Shown here one piece after another: positions 33,301-44,106 of a DNA stretch of 64,000 bases (its first letter is position 1; each line of letters opens with the position of its first letter). Location of the stretch: positions 114,753 to 178,752 of the forward strand of contig PACL01000080.1 in NCBI GenBank assembly GCA_002700095.1. Reading direction: 5' to 3'. The DNA comes from Fulvimarina sp. (GTDB taxonomy: Bacteria; Pseudomonadota; Alphaproteobacteria; Rhizobiales; Rhizobiaceae). A program made the position numbers and the translations under genes. The notes beneath the pieces were generated by a model. It was not told the origin of the DNA and ran no database searches. It worked only from the letters and a program-made list of their open reading frames with translations.

Positions 33301-33887
33301 AGCGTGTCGCCGAAGAAGTCGAGCCGCACCGGCTCCTCCGCCCCCGGCGCAAAGACGTCGAGAATGCCGCCGCGCACCGCGTATTCGCCGCGCTCGCGCA
33401 CCGTCGAGACCCGCTCGAAGCCGCCCCGGTTGAGCGCCGTGACGATCTTCTCCATCGGCAGCTGGCCGCCGGCGCCGACCGAGATCGCCTCCTCGGCGAG
33501 GAGTTCCGCCGGCGGCATCTTCTGTAAAAGCGCGTTCGCCGTGGTCAGGATCACCGCCCGGTGCGGCGCCTCGCGGAGGCTCGCCAGCGCCGCCATTGCC
33601 GCCAGCCGCCGCGCAGCGGCTTCCGAGGAGGGCCCGACGCGGTCATAGGGCAGGCAGTCCCAGGCCGGCAGTGTCAGGACGGGCAGCTCCGGCGCGACGA
33701 ATTTCAGCGCCTCCTCGATCTCCGGCATGCGGCTGCCGTCGCGCATGACGAAGACCAGCGGCCGCTTCTTGGCCCGGTGGCGCGCGACGTCGGCCAGGAC
33801 GAAGGCCTCCGCCCCCTCGACGACGCCGCCGATGTCCAGCGCGCCGTCCCGGTCCAGCGCCTTCTTGAGCTTGTCCGGCAGGCTCAC
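30375..33887 (-). CDS. mfd: transcription-repair coupling factor
   Basis: 1170 aa from the GTG at 33887 (GTGA overlap with the sdhE stop). Helicase motifs GDVGFGKTEVA and IIDEEQHFG. Confidence 0.97.
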   Translation of the reverse strand: MSLPDKLKKALDRDGALDIGGVVEGAEAFVLADVARHRAKKRPLVFVMRDGSRMPEIEEALKFVAPELPVLTLPAWDCLPYDRVGPSSEAAARRLAAMAALASLREAPHRAVILTTANALLQKMPPAELLAEEAISVGAGGQLPMEKIVTALNRGGFERVSTVRERGEYAVRGGILDVFAPGAEEPVRLDFFGDTLETVRAFDPASQRTTKQLKRFELSPVSEVSLRDETISRFRTNYIKRFGAALRGDALYESISEGKRFAGMEHWLPLFYERLDTIFDHCRGFAFVLDHLTSEAVAERRTLIEDHYQARKRGAGESGGEGGVPYHPVEPDALYLSDDELAGGLASAEPVRFSAYGVSDALGRDAYNLDYRRGRNFSTERTAEGVNVFAEAVDHVAKLRAAGRRVLLAGWTEGSRERLTQVMEEHGLGSIKPAENLKQVREAPKNFVVTAVLGLEAGFESDDLVVVAEQDILGDRLVRRGRKRRKNSDFIAEVSGLDEGDIVVHVDHGIGRFVGLKTIEAAGAPHDCLELRYHGDDRLFLPVENIELLSRYGGEGSEAMLDRLGGGAWQARKAKLKKKLLDMAGGLIKIAAEREMRGAPRLLPPEGLWDEFAARFPYEETEDQLGAIDAVTDDLAAGKPMDRLVCGDVGFGKTEVALRAAFIAAMNGLQVAVVVPTTLLARQHYKTFSERFRGLPIQVGQASRLVTAKELAGVKKGISDGTLDIVVGTHALLGKAVNFKSLGLLIIDEEQHFGVKHKERLKELKSDVHVLTLSATPIPRTLQLALTGVRELSLITTPPVDRMAVRTFVSPFDAMVVRETLLRERYRGGQSFYVCPRVSDLASVKEFLDTQVPELKVAVAHGQMAAGELDDIMNAFYEGQYDVLLATTIVESGLDIPTANTLIVHRADMFGLAQLYQIRGRVGRSKQRAYALLTLPANKTPTKGADRRLKVLQSLDTLGAGFQLASHDLDQRGAGNLLGDEQSGHIKEVGFELYQQMLEEAVAEMKGVESETNGQWSPQITLGTAVMIPEHYVPDLQLRMTLYRRLADLGDAREIDGFGAELIDRFGPLPTEVEHLLKVVFIKALCRKANIEKLDAGPKGIVITFRDKNFANPAALVRYIGEQGAAAKIRPDQSIVLIRDWPTPEKRLNGAATVATNLARFVDEGQKQAA

Positions 33888-34219
33888 TTGTCGCTCTCCG
33901 CGGCCTTCTCGGCGCCCACCGCCATGCCCCCGGCCTGCGCCCCGCCGACATGAAAGTCGCGGATCTGCCGGAACACCGGCGTGTCGAAATTGTCCGGCGT
34001 CTCCGCCTCGCCGGTCAGCCACATGAAGATGTCGCGATCCTGCGCTTCCATCAAAACCTCGTAGTCGTCGAGGTCCTCGTCGCTCAACGTCCCGATCTTC
34101 GCATCGGCGAACTGCCCGAGCACGAGATCCATCTCCCTTATGCCGCGATGCCAGGAGCGGAAAAGCGCCTTGCGGCGGCGAATGTCGAGATCGCTCGAGG
34201 AGCGCTGCATGCCTGTCAT
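33884..34219 (-). CDS. sdhE: SdhE/SDHAF2-family FAD assembly factor (DUF339)
   Basis: 111 aa with the WHRGIREMDL (RGxxE) motif, upstream of mfd as in many alphaproteobacteria. Confidence 0.8.
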   Translation of the reverse strand: MTGMQRSSSDLDIRRRKALFRSWHRGIREMDLVLGQFADAKIGTLSDEDLDDYEVLMEAQDRDIFMWLTGEAETPDNFDTPVFRQIRDFHVGGAQAGGMAVGAEKAAESDK

Positions 34220-34329
34220 GGGAAACCTGTCGCCTGGGAACAGCCCCTCATATAGGCACCGATCGGCTCTGTCAGCAGATCGGCCATTCGTTGCTTGCCT
34301 TCATCGGCATGGTCGCTAAACCTCGCGCC

Positions 34330-36435
34330 ATGCGCCCCTCCCTCCTCGACCCCCTCTTCGCCCCCGTCACCACGCTGGAAGGCGTCGGGCCGAAGCTTGC
34401 CGGCCTGCTCCAGACGCTGCTGGTGCGCCCCGGCGAGACGCTGCGCATCCGCGATCTGGTCTTCCACCTGCCGACGGGCCTCGTCGACCGGAGGAAGCGC
34501 GCCGAGATTGCCACCGCGCCCGAAGGCGCGATCGTCACCCTCACCGTCCGCATCGACCGCCACCAGCCCCCCGGCCGGGCGCAAAAATCCGTGCCCTACC
34601 GGGTGTTCGCGACCGACGAGACCGGCGAGATCGCGCTCACCTATTTCCGGGCCCAGCCGGCCTGGATGGAGAACCTCATGCCGGTCGGCGAGACGATGAT
34701 CGTCTCCGGCAAGGTCGAGTGGTTCAATGGCCGCCCATCCATGGTCCATCCGGATTTCGTCGCCAGCCTCGAGCGGGCCGAGACCATGAGTCTCGTCGAG
34801 CCGATCTATCCGATGACGGCCGGCTTGTCGGGAAAGGTGCTGCGCAAGGCCATCGCCCAGGCGCTGGAGCGTGTGCCGGCCTTCCCCGAATGGATCGACC
34901 CTTCGGTTCTCAAGCGCCAGACCTTCCCCGCCTTCAACGACGCGCTGAAACGTCTGCACGATCCGACTGATGCCGCCGACATTTCGCCGGAAAACCCGTC
35001 ATGGCGCCGCATTGCCTATGACGAATATCTGGCGAGCCAGCTGGCGCTCGCTTTGTCCCGCCAGAACCAGAAGGCGGTGCCCGGCCGCGCGATGACCGAC
35101 CCCGCGGGCCGCCTCGCGAAAGTGAAGGCCGCCCTTCCCTTCGCGCTCACCAGCGGCCAGGAACAGGCCTTCGCCGAGATCGCGGCCGACATGGGCGAAC
35201 CGGAGCGCATGCTGCGGCTCCTGCAGGGCGATGTCGGCGCCGGCAAGACCGTCGTCGCCCTGATGGCGATGGCGGTGGCGGCGGGCTCCGGCTGCCAGTC
35301 GGCGCTGCTCGCCCCGACCGAAATCCTCGCGCGCCAGCATTTCGCCAGCCTGTCGAAACTCTGCGAGGCCGCCGGCCTGACCATGACCCTTCTCACCGGC
35401 CGCGACAACGGCCGCGCCCGCGCCGCCAAGCTCGACGCGATCGCCGGCGGGACAACCGACATCGTCGTCGGCACCCACGCTTTGTTTCAGGAAGACGTCG
35501 CCTACCACGACCTCGGCCTCGTCATCGTCGACGAGCAGCACCGCTTCGGCGTCCACCAGCGCCTGTCGCTGACGAGAAAGGGCCGCGGCGCCGATCTCCT
35601 GGTGATGACGGCAACGCCCATCCCGCGCACCCTCGTCCTCTCCGCCTTCGGCGACATGGAGGTCTCCCGCCTCTCCGAAAAGCCCAAGGGCCGCAAGCCG
35701 ATCGCCACCGTGGCGCTGCCCACCGACCGCATCGAGGAGGTCGTCGAGCGGATCGGCAACGCGATTGCCGCGGGTAGCCGGGTCTACTGGGTCTGCCCGC
35801 TGGTGGAGGAGAGCGAGAAGAGCGACCTGATGGCCGCCGAGGAGCGCGGCCGCCAGCTGCGCGAGGTCTTCGGCGAAGACACCGTCGGCGTCGTCCACGG
35901 CCGCATGAACGCCGAGGAGAAGGACACCGTGATGGGCGCCTTCAAGCGCGGCGAAAAACGCCTCGTCGTCGCCACCACGGTCATCGAGGTCGGCGTCGAC
36001 GTGCCGGAGGCGACGATCATCGTCATCGAACACGCCGAGCGCTTCGGCCTCTCCCAGCTCCATCAATTGCGAGGCCGCGTCGGCCGCGGCGACAAGGCCT
36101 CCGCCTGCGTCCTCCTCTATCGCGGCCCCCTCGGCGAAACGGCGGCAGCCCGCCTCAAGGTCATGCGCGAAACCGAAGACGGCTTCCGCATCGCCGAAGA
36201 AGACCTGAAACTGCGCGGCGAAGGCGACCTCCTCGGCACCCAGCAATCCGGCCTGCCGTTCTTCAGGATCGCCAGGACAGAGCATCATGCCGACCTGATG
36301 GAGGTCGCGCGCGACGACGCCCGGCTGGTGCTGGCGAAGGACCCGGAGCTGCAGGGCGAGCGAGGCGAGGCACTGCGGGCGCTGCTGTATCTGTTCGGGA
36401 AGGACGAGGCGGTCAGGTTGCTGCGGTCGGGGTGA
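34330..36435 (+). CDS. recG: ATP-dependent DNA helicase RecG
   Basis: 701 aa from the ATG at 34330 (MRPSLLDPLFAPV..LEGVGPK). Motifs GDVGAGKTVVA and VIVDEQHRFG. Confidence 0.97.
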   Translation: MRPSLLDPLFAPVTTLEGVGPKLAGLLQTLLVRPGETLRIRDLVFHLPTGLVDRRKRAEIATAPEGAIVTLTVRIDRHQPPGRAQKSVPYRVFATDETGEIALTYFRAQPAWMENLMPVGETMIVSGKVEWFNGRPSMVHPDFVASLERAETMSLVEPIYPMTAGLSGKVLRKAIAQALERVPAFPEWIDPSVLKRQTFPAFNDALKRLHDPTDAADISPENPSWRRIAYDEYLASQLALALSRQNQKAVPGRAMTDPAGRLAKVKAALPFALTSGQEQAFAEIAADMGEPERMLRLLQGDVGAGKTVVALMAMAVAAGSGCQSALLAPTEILARQHFASLSKLCEAAGLTMTLLTGRDNGRARAAKLDAIAGGTTDIVVGTHALFQEDVAYHDLGLVIVDEQHRFGVHQRLSLTRKGRGADLLVMTATPIPRTLVLSAFGDMEVSRLSEKPKGRKPIATVALPTDRIEEVVERIGNAIAAGSRVYWVCPLVEESEKSDLMAAEERGRQLREVFGEDTVGVVHGRMNAEEKDTVMGAFKRGEKRLVVATTVIEVGVDVPEATIIVIEHAERFGLSQLHQLRGRVGRGDKASACVLLYRGPLGETAAARLKVMRETEDGFRIAEEDLKLRGEGDLLGTQQSGLPFFRIARTEHHADLMEVARDDARLVLAKDPELQGERGEALRALLYLFGKDEAVRLLRSG

Positions 36436-36461
36436 ATCGGAAGATCAGCGGGCGCCGTCAC

Positions 36462-36640
36462 CGCCGCGTCGTCATTCTTGGGTCCGCCCCGCAGCATTCA
36501 AACATCTCGAAAAGCTCATCCGAGACAGCATCTTGCGATTGAGATTGGAGGCGCCGGGGGCGGAAGACGGGAAGGCGCGAGCCCCAATGCGTCGTCATTC
36601 TCGGCCCGTGAGGGTCGGGGATCCATGCCTTGCCGGCTCA
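36462..36640. repeat. family 1 repeat, copy C
   Basis: CGCGTCGTCATTCTTGGGTCCGCCCC + inverted tail (ATTCAAACATCTCGAAAAG...CAGCATCTTGCGATTGAGATTGGAGGCGCC) + GCGTCGTCATTCTCGGCCCGTGAGGG. Starts 27 bp after the recG stop. Confidence 0.8.
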
Positions 36641-37160
36641 GGAGCAGCCTGGTTCCGGACAGCGTCCCCGCCACTCGTCCGGCGGCGGAAACGCTCCGGC
36701 ATGAATCCCCCTGCTGGCGCACGAGGATGACGAAGCGGGGAGGAAGCCCCCCTATCTGCGCCGTCCAAATCTGGCAAAATGCCATCACGTCCGGCCTTTG
36801 CGCCCCATCACATCCCCGTCATCAAAAAACTAATCCCCATCCCCTCCACCCGGCCGATAATCCCCTCGCCGCCTTCCCGGAGGGACACGGACGATCGCCG
36901 GGATCGTTCGGGAAGGCGGGCGGTGTCCGCGGCGCGAACCCTTCCGGAGGGTTTCGCGACTCGGACGGGTCTGAGGCTCCGCCGACCCCTCGCGTAATAC
37001 GGCGCGGGTGCGGATTGGTCCGCTTGAAGGGGAGGTCCTGAAAAGGGGCCTCCCGTGAAGCGTCGGCAGCCGGTGAGCGACCTCGGGTCCGGAGCAAAGG
37101 CGAAGAGCCGATGCACCGGGCGGGGGAAGCGAGCCCCAAGGACCTGGCAAAGACACCGTG

Positions 37161-37220
37161 CGGAACGCCGGAGGCGAGCCGTTACTAAAATCAATTCGGA
37201 GGCTCGCCTCCGGCGTTCCG
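37161..37220. repeat. perfect 20-bp inverted repeat with AT-rich 20-nt spacer
   Basis: CGGAACGCCGGAGGCGAGCC (37161..37180) - gttactaaaatcaattcgga - GGCTCGCCTCCGGCGTTCCG (37201..37220). Confidence 0.9.
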
Positions 37221-37350
37221 CTGTCCGCCCCCGGGCGAACGGCGCAGGGTTCGGCCCTCTCCTTCGGGACGGGGCGCATCGCATGGGCCAAAACCGGGGC
37301 GCGCCGCGTCGCCGGGTGCTTCCACGCGAGTATCGTGGACCGCCGCGCGA

Positions 37351-37576
37351 GGCGCCCCCCTCTGTCCTCCTGAGCCTGTCGAAGGGCGAGCATCTCCCCC
37401 ACAAGGGGGGAGATCACGCGGTTTCAGCGGCGGCGCCCTTTTCGTCGAGCGATCGGCAAGATCGAGACAGCTGGGATTGGCGGCGGCAGCGACGCCTGTG
37501 ATCAGCGCCGCCAGCGACGCTCGGCCGATCTCCCCCCTTGTGGGGGAGATGCCCGGCAGGGCAGAGGGGGTAGCGC
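37351..37576. repeat. family 2 repeat pair in inverted orientation (core ATCTCCCCCACAAGGGGGGAGAT)
   Basis: Left arm 37351..37415: GGCGCCCCCCTCTGTCCTCCTGAGCCTGTCGAAGGGCGAGCATCTCCCCCACAAGGGGGGAGATC. Right arm 37527..37576: GATCTCCCCCCTTGTGGGGGAGATGCCCGGCAGGGCAGAGGGGGTAGCGCC. Confidence 0.85.
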
Positions 37577-37645
37577 CGCGTCACCGTCTCCGCACAATAA
37601 GGCCGTCGACGCCACGCCCCGCAACGACCCGAAGGGACATCGTCC

Positions 37646-38593
37646 ATGCCCGACCTCGAAACCGTCGTCGCCGAGATCGCTGCCGAGATGGCGGCACGAT
37701 CCGATCGCGGGGCAGTTGCGACTTACATCCCCGAGCTCGGGCGGATCGATCCGAACCAGTTCGCCATTGCCGTCGCCCTGAAGGACGGCAGCACCGTCTG
37801 CGGCGGCGATTGCGCCACGTATTTCTCGATCCAGAGCGTCTCGAAGGTCTTCACCCTGACGCTCGCACTCGGTCTCGCCGGCGACCGGCTGTGGAACCGG
37901 GTCGGCCGCGAGCCGTCGGGAAGCCGGTTCAACTCGATCGTCCAGCTGGAGCAGGAGCGCGGCATCCCGCGCAACCCCTTCATCAATGCCGGCGCCATTG
38001 CCGTCACCGACATGATCCTCTCCGGTCACCAGCCACGCGAGGCGCTCGGCGAGATCCTGCGCTTCCTGCAGTTCCTCGCCGACGACGACGGCGTCCATAT
38101 CGACCGGGCGGTGGCGGCCTCGGAGGAGCGCACCGGCTTCAACAACCGGGCGCTGGCAAATTTCATGAAGGGCTTCGGCGTCATCGAGAACACGGTGGAA
38201 TACGTCCTCGGCGTCTATTTCCACCACTGCGCCATCGCCATGACCGCCCGCCAGCTGGCGAAAGCCGGCAGCTTCCTCGCCCATCTCGGCAAGAACCCCG
38301 CCACCGGCCATTCGGTGGTGACGGCCGAGCGGGCCCGGCGCATCAACGCCATCATGCTCACCTGCGGCCATTACGACGGCTCGGGCGAATTCGCCTACCG
38401 GGTCGGCCTGCCGGGCAAGAGCGGCGTCGGCGGCGCCATCCTCGCCGTGGTGCCGGGCAAGGCCAGCGTTGCGGTCTGGTCGCCGGGGCTCGACGCCTCC
38501 GGCAACTCCCATCTCGGCCGCATCGCCCTGGAAATGCTCACTGCCCGCATGGGCTGGTCGATCTTCGGCGCCCCGGCGATGGAGCCCGGATAG
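37646..38593 (+). CDS. glsA: glutaminase A
   Basis: 315 aa. Contains [12 protein letters not shown] (catalytic Ser-x-x-Lys) and [10 protein letters not shown]. Confidence 0.93.
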   Translation: MPDLETVVAEIAAEMAARSDRGAVATYIPELGRIDPNQFAIAVALKDGSTVCGGDCATYFSIQSVSKVFTLTLALGLAGDRLWNRVGREPSGSRFNSIVQLEQERGIPRNPFINAGAIAVTDMILSGHQPREALGEILRFLQFLADDDGVHIDRAVAASEERTGFNNRALANFMKGFGVIENTVEYVLGVYFHHCAIAMTARQLAKAGSFLAHLGKNPATGHSVVTAERARRINAIMLTCGHYDGSGEFAYRVGLPGKSGVGGAILAVVPGKASVAVWSPGLDASGNSHLGRIALEMLTARMGWSIFGAPAMEPG

Positions 38594-38656
38594 GCCCAGA
38601 AGCGCGGGAGGGCGCCGGACGCCGGCGAACAGGCAGCGCCGATCAGGCGGCCCCCG

Positions 38657-39355
38657 TCAGGTGGTCTTCGCAGCCGCGGCCATTGCCGCCTCGCGGATGG
38701 CCGCGATGTTCTTCTCGTAATGTTCGGGGGTCCCGCCCTTGAAGACCGCCGAGCCGGCGACCAGCGCGTTCGCCCCGGCGGCCACCACCAGCGGCGCCGT
38801 TTCCGGCGTGATGCCGCCATCCACCTCGATGTCGATCGGCCGGTCGCCGATCATCGCCTTGACGTTTCGGATCTTGTCGCAGACGGCCGGGATGAAGGCC
38901 TGGCCGCCGAAGCCGGGATTGACGGTCATCAGGAGGATGAGGTCGAGCCGGTCGAGGACGTATGCGATGACGCTTTCGGGCGTCGACGGGTTGAGCGAGA
39001 CGCCGGCGCGTCTGCCGGTCGCCCGGATCGCCTGGAGCGAGCGGTCGAGATGCTTGGTCGCCTCGGCATGGACGGTGATGACGTCGCAGCCGGCCTCGGC
39101 GAAGGCCTCGATATACGGATCGCAGGGCTCGATCATCAGGTGGCAGTCGAACAGCTTCGCCGAAGAGGCGCGGATCGCCTTGATGATCGGCGGGCCGAAG
39201 GTGATGTTGGGGACGAAGTGGCCGTCCATCACGTCGAGATGGATCCAGTCCGCGCCCATCCGGTCGACGGCCGCGACCTCCTCGCCGAGCCGCGAGAAAT
39301 CCGCCGACAGGATCGAGGGGGCGATGGCGATGGGGCGGGTCATCGGGCGGGTCAT
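38657..39355 (-). CDS. rpe: ribulose-phosphate 3-epimerase (Calvin-cycle copy)
   Basis: 232 aa. Motifs [10 protein letters not shown] and [16 protein letters not shown] overlap with the cbbX stop. Confidence 0.95.
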   Translation of the reverse strand: MTRPMTRPIAIAPSILSADFSRLGEEVAAVDRMGADWIHLDVMDGHFVPNITFGPPIIKAIRASSAKLFDCHLMIEPCDPYIEAFAEAGCDVITVHAEATKHLDRSLQAIRATGRRAGVSLNPSTPESVIAYVLDRLDLILLMTVNPGFGGQAFIPAVCDKIRNVKAMIGDRPIDIEVDGGITPETAPLVVAAGANALVAGSAVFKGGTPEHYEKNIAAIREAAMAAAAKTT

Positions 39356-40389
39356 GGGGCTGTCTCCTCTGGCCCCCTCTCGGGGCCGGCATGGTCGGCG
39401 GTCTGGCCGGGCTTTTGCAGGAACACCCGGCTCGCCGCAATGTCTTCTGCCGCGATCTCGGACAGCGCGCTCGCGTCGAGCGGACCGGTATCGGCCTCGA
39501 ACAGCCGGTTCGCCTGCCGCAGCCGCGCCCGGTCCAGCGCGTTGCGGATCGAGCGGGCATTGGCGAAATGCGGCTGGGCACGGCGGTGCTCGATGTAGCT
39601 GGCGAGGGTCGTCGCCGCCTCGTCGGTCAGGTGATAGTTCTGCCGCGCCAGCATGCCGACGGCGATCTGGTGCAGTTCTTCGTCGCTGTAGTCTGGAAAG
39701 TCGATGTGGTGCGCGATGCGCGAACGGAAACCGGGATTGCTCTCGAAGAACTTGTCCATCCGGTCGGCATAGCCGGCGAGGATGACCACGAGATCGTCGC
39801 GCTGGTTCTCCATCACCTGAAGCAATATCTCGATCGCTTCCTGGCCGTAGTCCCGCTCGTTCTCGGGCCGGTAGAGATAATAGGCCTCGTCGATGAACAG
39901 CACGCCGCCCATCGCCTTCTTCAGGATGTCCTTGGTCTTCGGCGCCGTGTGGCCGATATACTGGCCGACGAGGTCGTCCCGGGTGACCGAAACGAGGTGC
40001 CCCTTGCGGATGTAGCCGAGCCGGTGGAGGAGGTTCGCCATCTTCAAGGCCACCGTCGTCTTGCCGGTGCCGGGATTGCCGGTGAAGCTCATGTGCAGCG
40101 TCGGCGTCTCGTGGGCAAGGCCCAGCCGCCGGCGCGCCCGCTCGACGAGCAAGAGCGCCGCCGTCTCGCGGATGCGCTTCTTGACAGGCTTCAGGCCGAT
40201 CAGCTCCCGGTCGAGCTCTTCCAGCGTCTCGCGGACCCCGGCGTCCTCGTATTCACGCTTGAGGTCGACGGTGGTCACAGACGGCTCGGCGGCGGCCGTT
40301 TCGGCTGCGTGCTGAGGCGTGGCTGAAGCCGGCTTCGCAGCGGCCTCGTCCGGCTTGCCGCCTTTGTTCAACTGGTCGAGGTAGCTCAT
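39352..40389 (-). CDS. cbbX: red-type RuBisCO activase CbbX (AAA+)
   Basis: 345 aa from the ATG at 40389. Walker [12 protein letters not shown], Walker [11 protein letters not shown]. Confidence 0.95.
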   Translation of the reverse strand: MSYLDQLNKGGKPDEAAAKPASATPQHAAETAAAEPSVTTVDLKREYEDAGVRETLEELDRELIGLKPVKKRIRETAALLLVERARRRLGLAHETPTLHMSFTGNPGTGKTTVALKMANLLHRLGYIRKGHLVSVTRDDLVGQYIGHTAPKTKDILKKAMGGVLFIDEAYYLYRPENERDYGQEAIEILLQVMENQRDDLVVILAGYADRMDKFFESNPGFRSRIAHHIDFPDYSDEELHQIAVGMLARQNYHLTDEAATTLASYIEHRRAQPHFANARSIRNALDRARLRQANRLFEADTGPLDASALSEIAAEDIAASRVFLQKPGQTADHAGPERGPEETAP

Positions 40390-40499
40390 GGATCGAACTC
40401 CGTTAAGCGGCGCGTCGGAAAGGCAGTCGAGCGGTGGAAGGCTCGACCGTCTGGCGGGTCTCGCAGAAGGCGGCATTTTCCAAAGTGGCGGCTGGATTA

Positions 40500-40708
40500 C
40501 CCCCCTCTGTCCTGCCGGACATCTCCCCCACAAGGGGGTAGATCGATCTCGCTTGAACGCTTCGCTTCTGCATCAAAGATTGCGAACCGCATCATCCGTG
40601 CCAAAGCGCCTGGCAGTCGAGGCGGCGCGACTGACGCAGCCTAATCTCCCCCCTTGTGGGGGGAGATGTCCGCCCTTCGACAGGCTCAGGAGAACAGAGG
40701 GGGGTGCC
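40500..40708. repeat. family 2 repeat pair in inverted orientation, inside the cbbS-cbbX spacer
   Basis: Left arm 40500..40544: CCCCCCTCTGTCCTGCCGGACATCTCCCCCACAAGGGGGTAGATC. Right arm 40643..40708: AATCTCCCCCCTTGTGGGGGGAGATGTCCGCCCTTCGACAGGCTCAGGAGAACAGAGGGGGGTGCC. Confidence 0.85.
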
Positions 40709-40749
40709 TCGGCGCGCACTTCAAAAGGACTGGCGAAGGCCCGCCACCC

Positions 40750-41172
40750 TCAGATCGGATAGCGCTCGCCCTCCGGCTTGGCGTCGGCGTAGGGCTCCGT
40801 CGTGTAGCGCATGTTACGGCCGTTGCCCTCTTGGCGGCGCAGGCGGTAGCCGGGCTCCTCCTTCGGCCGGTTGACGATGAAGGAGATCTTCACCGACTCC
40901 CAGCCATGGCTGGAATCGAAGGCCGAGAGGCGGATGTAGCGGTCGCCAAAGGCCTTGCGGCAGCTCTGCAGCTCCATCATGACGCCGGCGGCATCGGCGA
41001 TGTCGAACATCGGGTGGCCCCACATGTCCCAGTAGGTGTTCCGGGGATGGGGATCGTCGGTGTATTCGAGATTCACAGCCCAGCCATTGTCGAGGCAATA
41101 CTGGATCTGCTTGGTGATCTGCTCGTCGGTGAGGTCGGGCAGGAAGGAAAACGTTCCTTGTGTCATGCGCAT
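40750..41172 (-). CDS. cbbS: RuBisCO small subunit (form IC)
   Basis: 140 aa: [50 protein letters not shown]. Confidence 0.97.
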   Translation of the reverse strand: MRMTQGTFSFLPDLTDEQITKQIQYCLDNGWAVNLEYTDDPHPRNTYWDMWGHPMFDIADAAGVMMELQSCRKAFGDRYIRLSAFDSSHGWESVKISFIVNRPKEEPGYRLRRQEGNGRNMRYTTEPYADAKPEGERYPI

Positions 41173-41271
41173 GGTCTTGGTTCCTCTGATGGGTTCGAGC
41201 GAACGGCACGGCGGGAAGGCGGCCGGGGCGGCCCTTGGGAGGTCGCTCCGCCCCGGCCCTTCCGCCACGGC

Positions 41272-42855
<1,584 letters not shown>

Positions 42856-42898
42856 CTACTGCCGGCCGGGCTTTCCCGGCCGGGTCTTGCGGCCCCGC

Positions 42899-43984
42899 CT
42901 ATTCGGCGGCGGCGGCCGTCAGTTCGATCCGCGGATCGAGTTCGCCCGTCTGATATCGGACGGCCATCTGGTCCAGCGGCAGGACCGTGATCTTCGAAGC
43001 CTTGCCGGCGCAGCCGAACTGCTCGTAGCGGTCGAGGCAGAGCTTCTGGAGCGCCGCCATCGCCGGCACCAGGAACTTGCGCGGGTCGAACTCCTCGGGC
43101 TTTTCCATCGCCACCTTGCGGAACTGCCCGGTCATGGCCATCCGGCAGTCGGTGTCGATGTTGACCTTGCGCACGCCATGCTTGATGCCGCGGACGATCT
43201 CCTCGACCGGCACGCCGTAGGTCTCGCGCATCCGGCCGCCATATCTGTTGATTATCTCCTGGAGATCCTCCGGCACCGAGGACGAGCCGTGCATCACGAG
43301 ATGGGTGTTGGGCAGCTTCGAATGGATCTCCTCGATGACGTGCATCGCGAGGATCTCGCCATCCGGCTTGCGGGAGAACTTGTAGGCGCCGTGGGAGGTG
43401 CCCATGGCGATCGCGAGCGCGTCGACGCCGGTGCGGCGGACGAAGTCCACGGCCTGGTCGGGATCGGTCAGGAGCTTGTCCTGGTCGAGCTTGCCCTCGA
43501 AGCCGACGCCGTCCTCCTTCTCGCCCTCACCGGTTTCCAGCGAGCCGAGCACGCCGAGTTCGCCTTCGACGGAGGCGCCCACCCAATGAGCCATGCGCGT
43601 CACCCGCTCGGTGATCGCGACGTTGTAGTCGTAGGAGGCCGGCGTCTTCATGTCGGCCTCCAGCGAGCCGTCCATCATCACCGAGGTGAAGCCGTGGCGG
43701 ATCGCGGTGAGACAGGTCTGCTCGTTGTTGCCGTGGTCCTGATGGACGCAGACCGGGATCTGCGGAAACATCTCGACGAGGGCGTCCATCATCTTTTCGA
43801 GCATGATGTCCCTGGCGTAGGACCGCGCTCCCCGCGAGGCCTGCATGATCACCGGCGCGTCGGCCTTCGCCGCCGCCTCCATGATCGCCAGCCCCTGCTC
43901 CATGTTGTTGATGTTGAAGGCCGGCACGCCATAGCCATGTTCGGCTGCGTGGTCGAGCAACTGCCTGAGCGTGATCTTGGCCAT
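42899..43984 (-). CDS. cbbA: class II fructose/sedoheptulose-bisphosphate aldolase (Calvin-cycle subtype)
   Basis: 361 aa: [23 protein letters not shown]. Confidence 0.95.
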   Translation of the reverse strand: MAKITLRQLLDHAAEHGYGVPAFNINNMEQGLAIMEAAAKADAPVIMQASRGARSYARDIMLEKMMDALVEMFPQIPVCVHQDHGNNEQTCLTAIRHGFTSVMMDGSLEADMKTPASYDYNVAITERVTRMAHWVGASVEGELGVLGSLETGEGEKEDGVGFEGKLDQDKLLTDPDQAVDFVRRTGVDALAIAMGTSHGAYKFSRKPDGEILAMHVIEEIHSKLPNTHLVMHGSSSVPEDLQEIINRYGGRMRETYGVPVEEIVRGIKHGVRKVNIDTDCRMAMTGQFRKVAMEKPEEFDPRKFLVPAMAALQKLCLDRYEQFGCAGKASKITVLPLDQMAVRYQTGELDPRIELTAAAAE

Positions 43985-44106
43985 GGCGCACTACACTCCC
44001 GATTGGCGCAATAGTTCCCCGTTCGCGGGAGAGGCATCTCCCGCGCCGATCGTCGTTCCTCCCAGAGGGGCCGGCCGGTCGGCCGGCCCCTCAAGTCATG
44101 TCGTAA

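Noticed and set aside
30663-33527. 954-aa plus-strand ORF antisense to mfd. Similar giants: 40654..42990 (antisense to cbbS/cbbL), 44110..46284 (antisense to transketolase), 60779..62746 (antisense to cydA), 39391..40326 and 16340..17380
   Set aside because: Their Arg/Gly/Asp/Ala-rich composition is typical of stop-codon-poor antisense frames in high-GC DNA. In each case the other strand encodes a highly conserved enzyme with intact motifs.
36478-37501. Four overlapping ORFs of 148-198 aa in the recG-glsA spacer
   Set aside because: They are mutually overlapping on both strands and Arg/Pro/Gly-dominated. They run through dispersed repeat elements, have no RBS or start context, and show no motifs.
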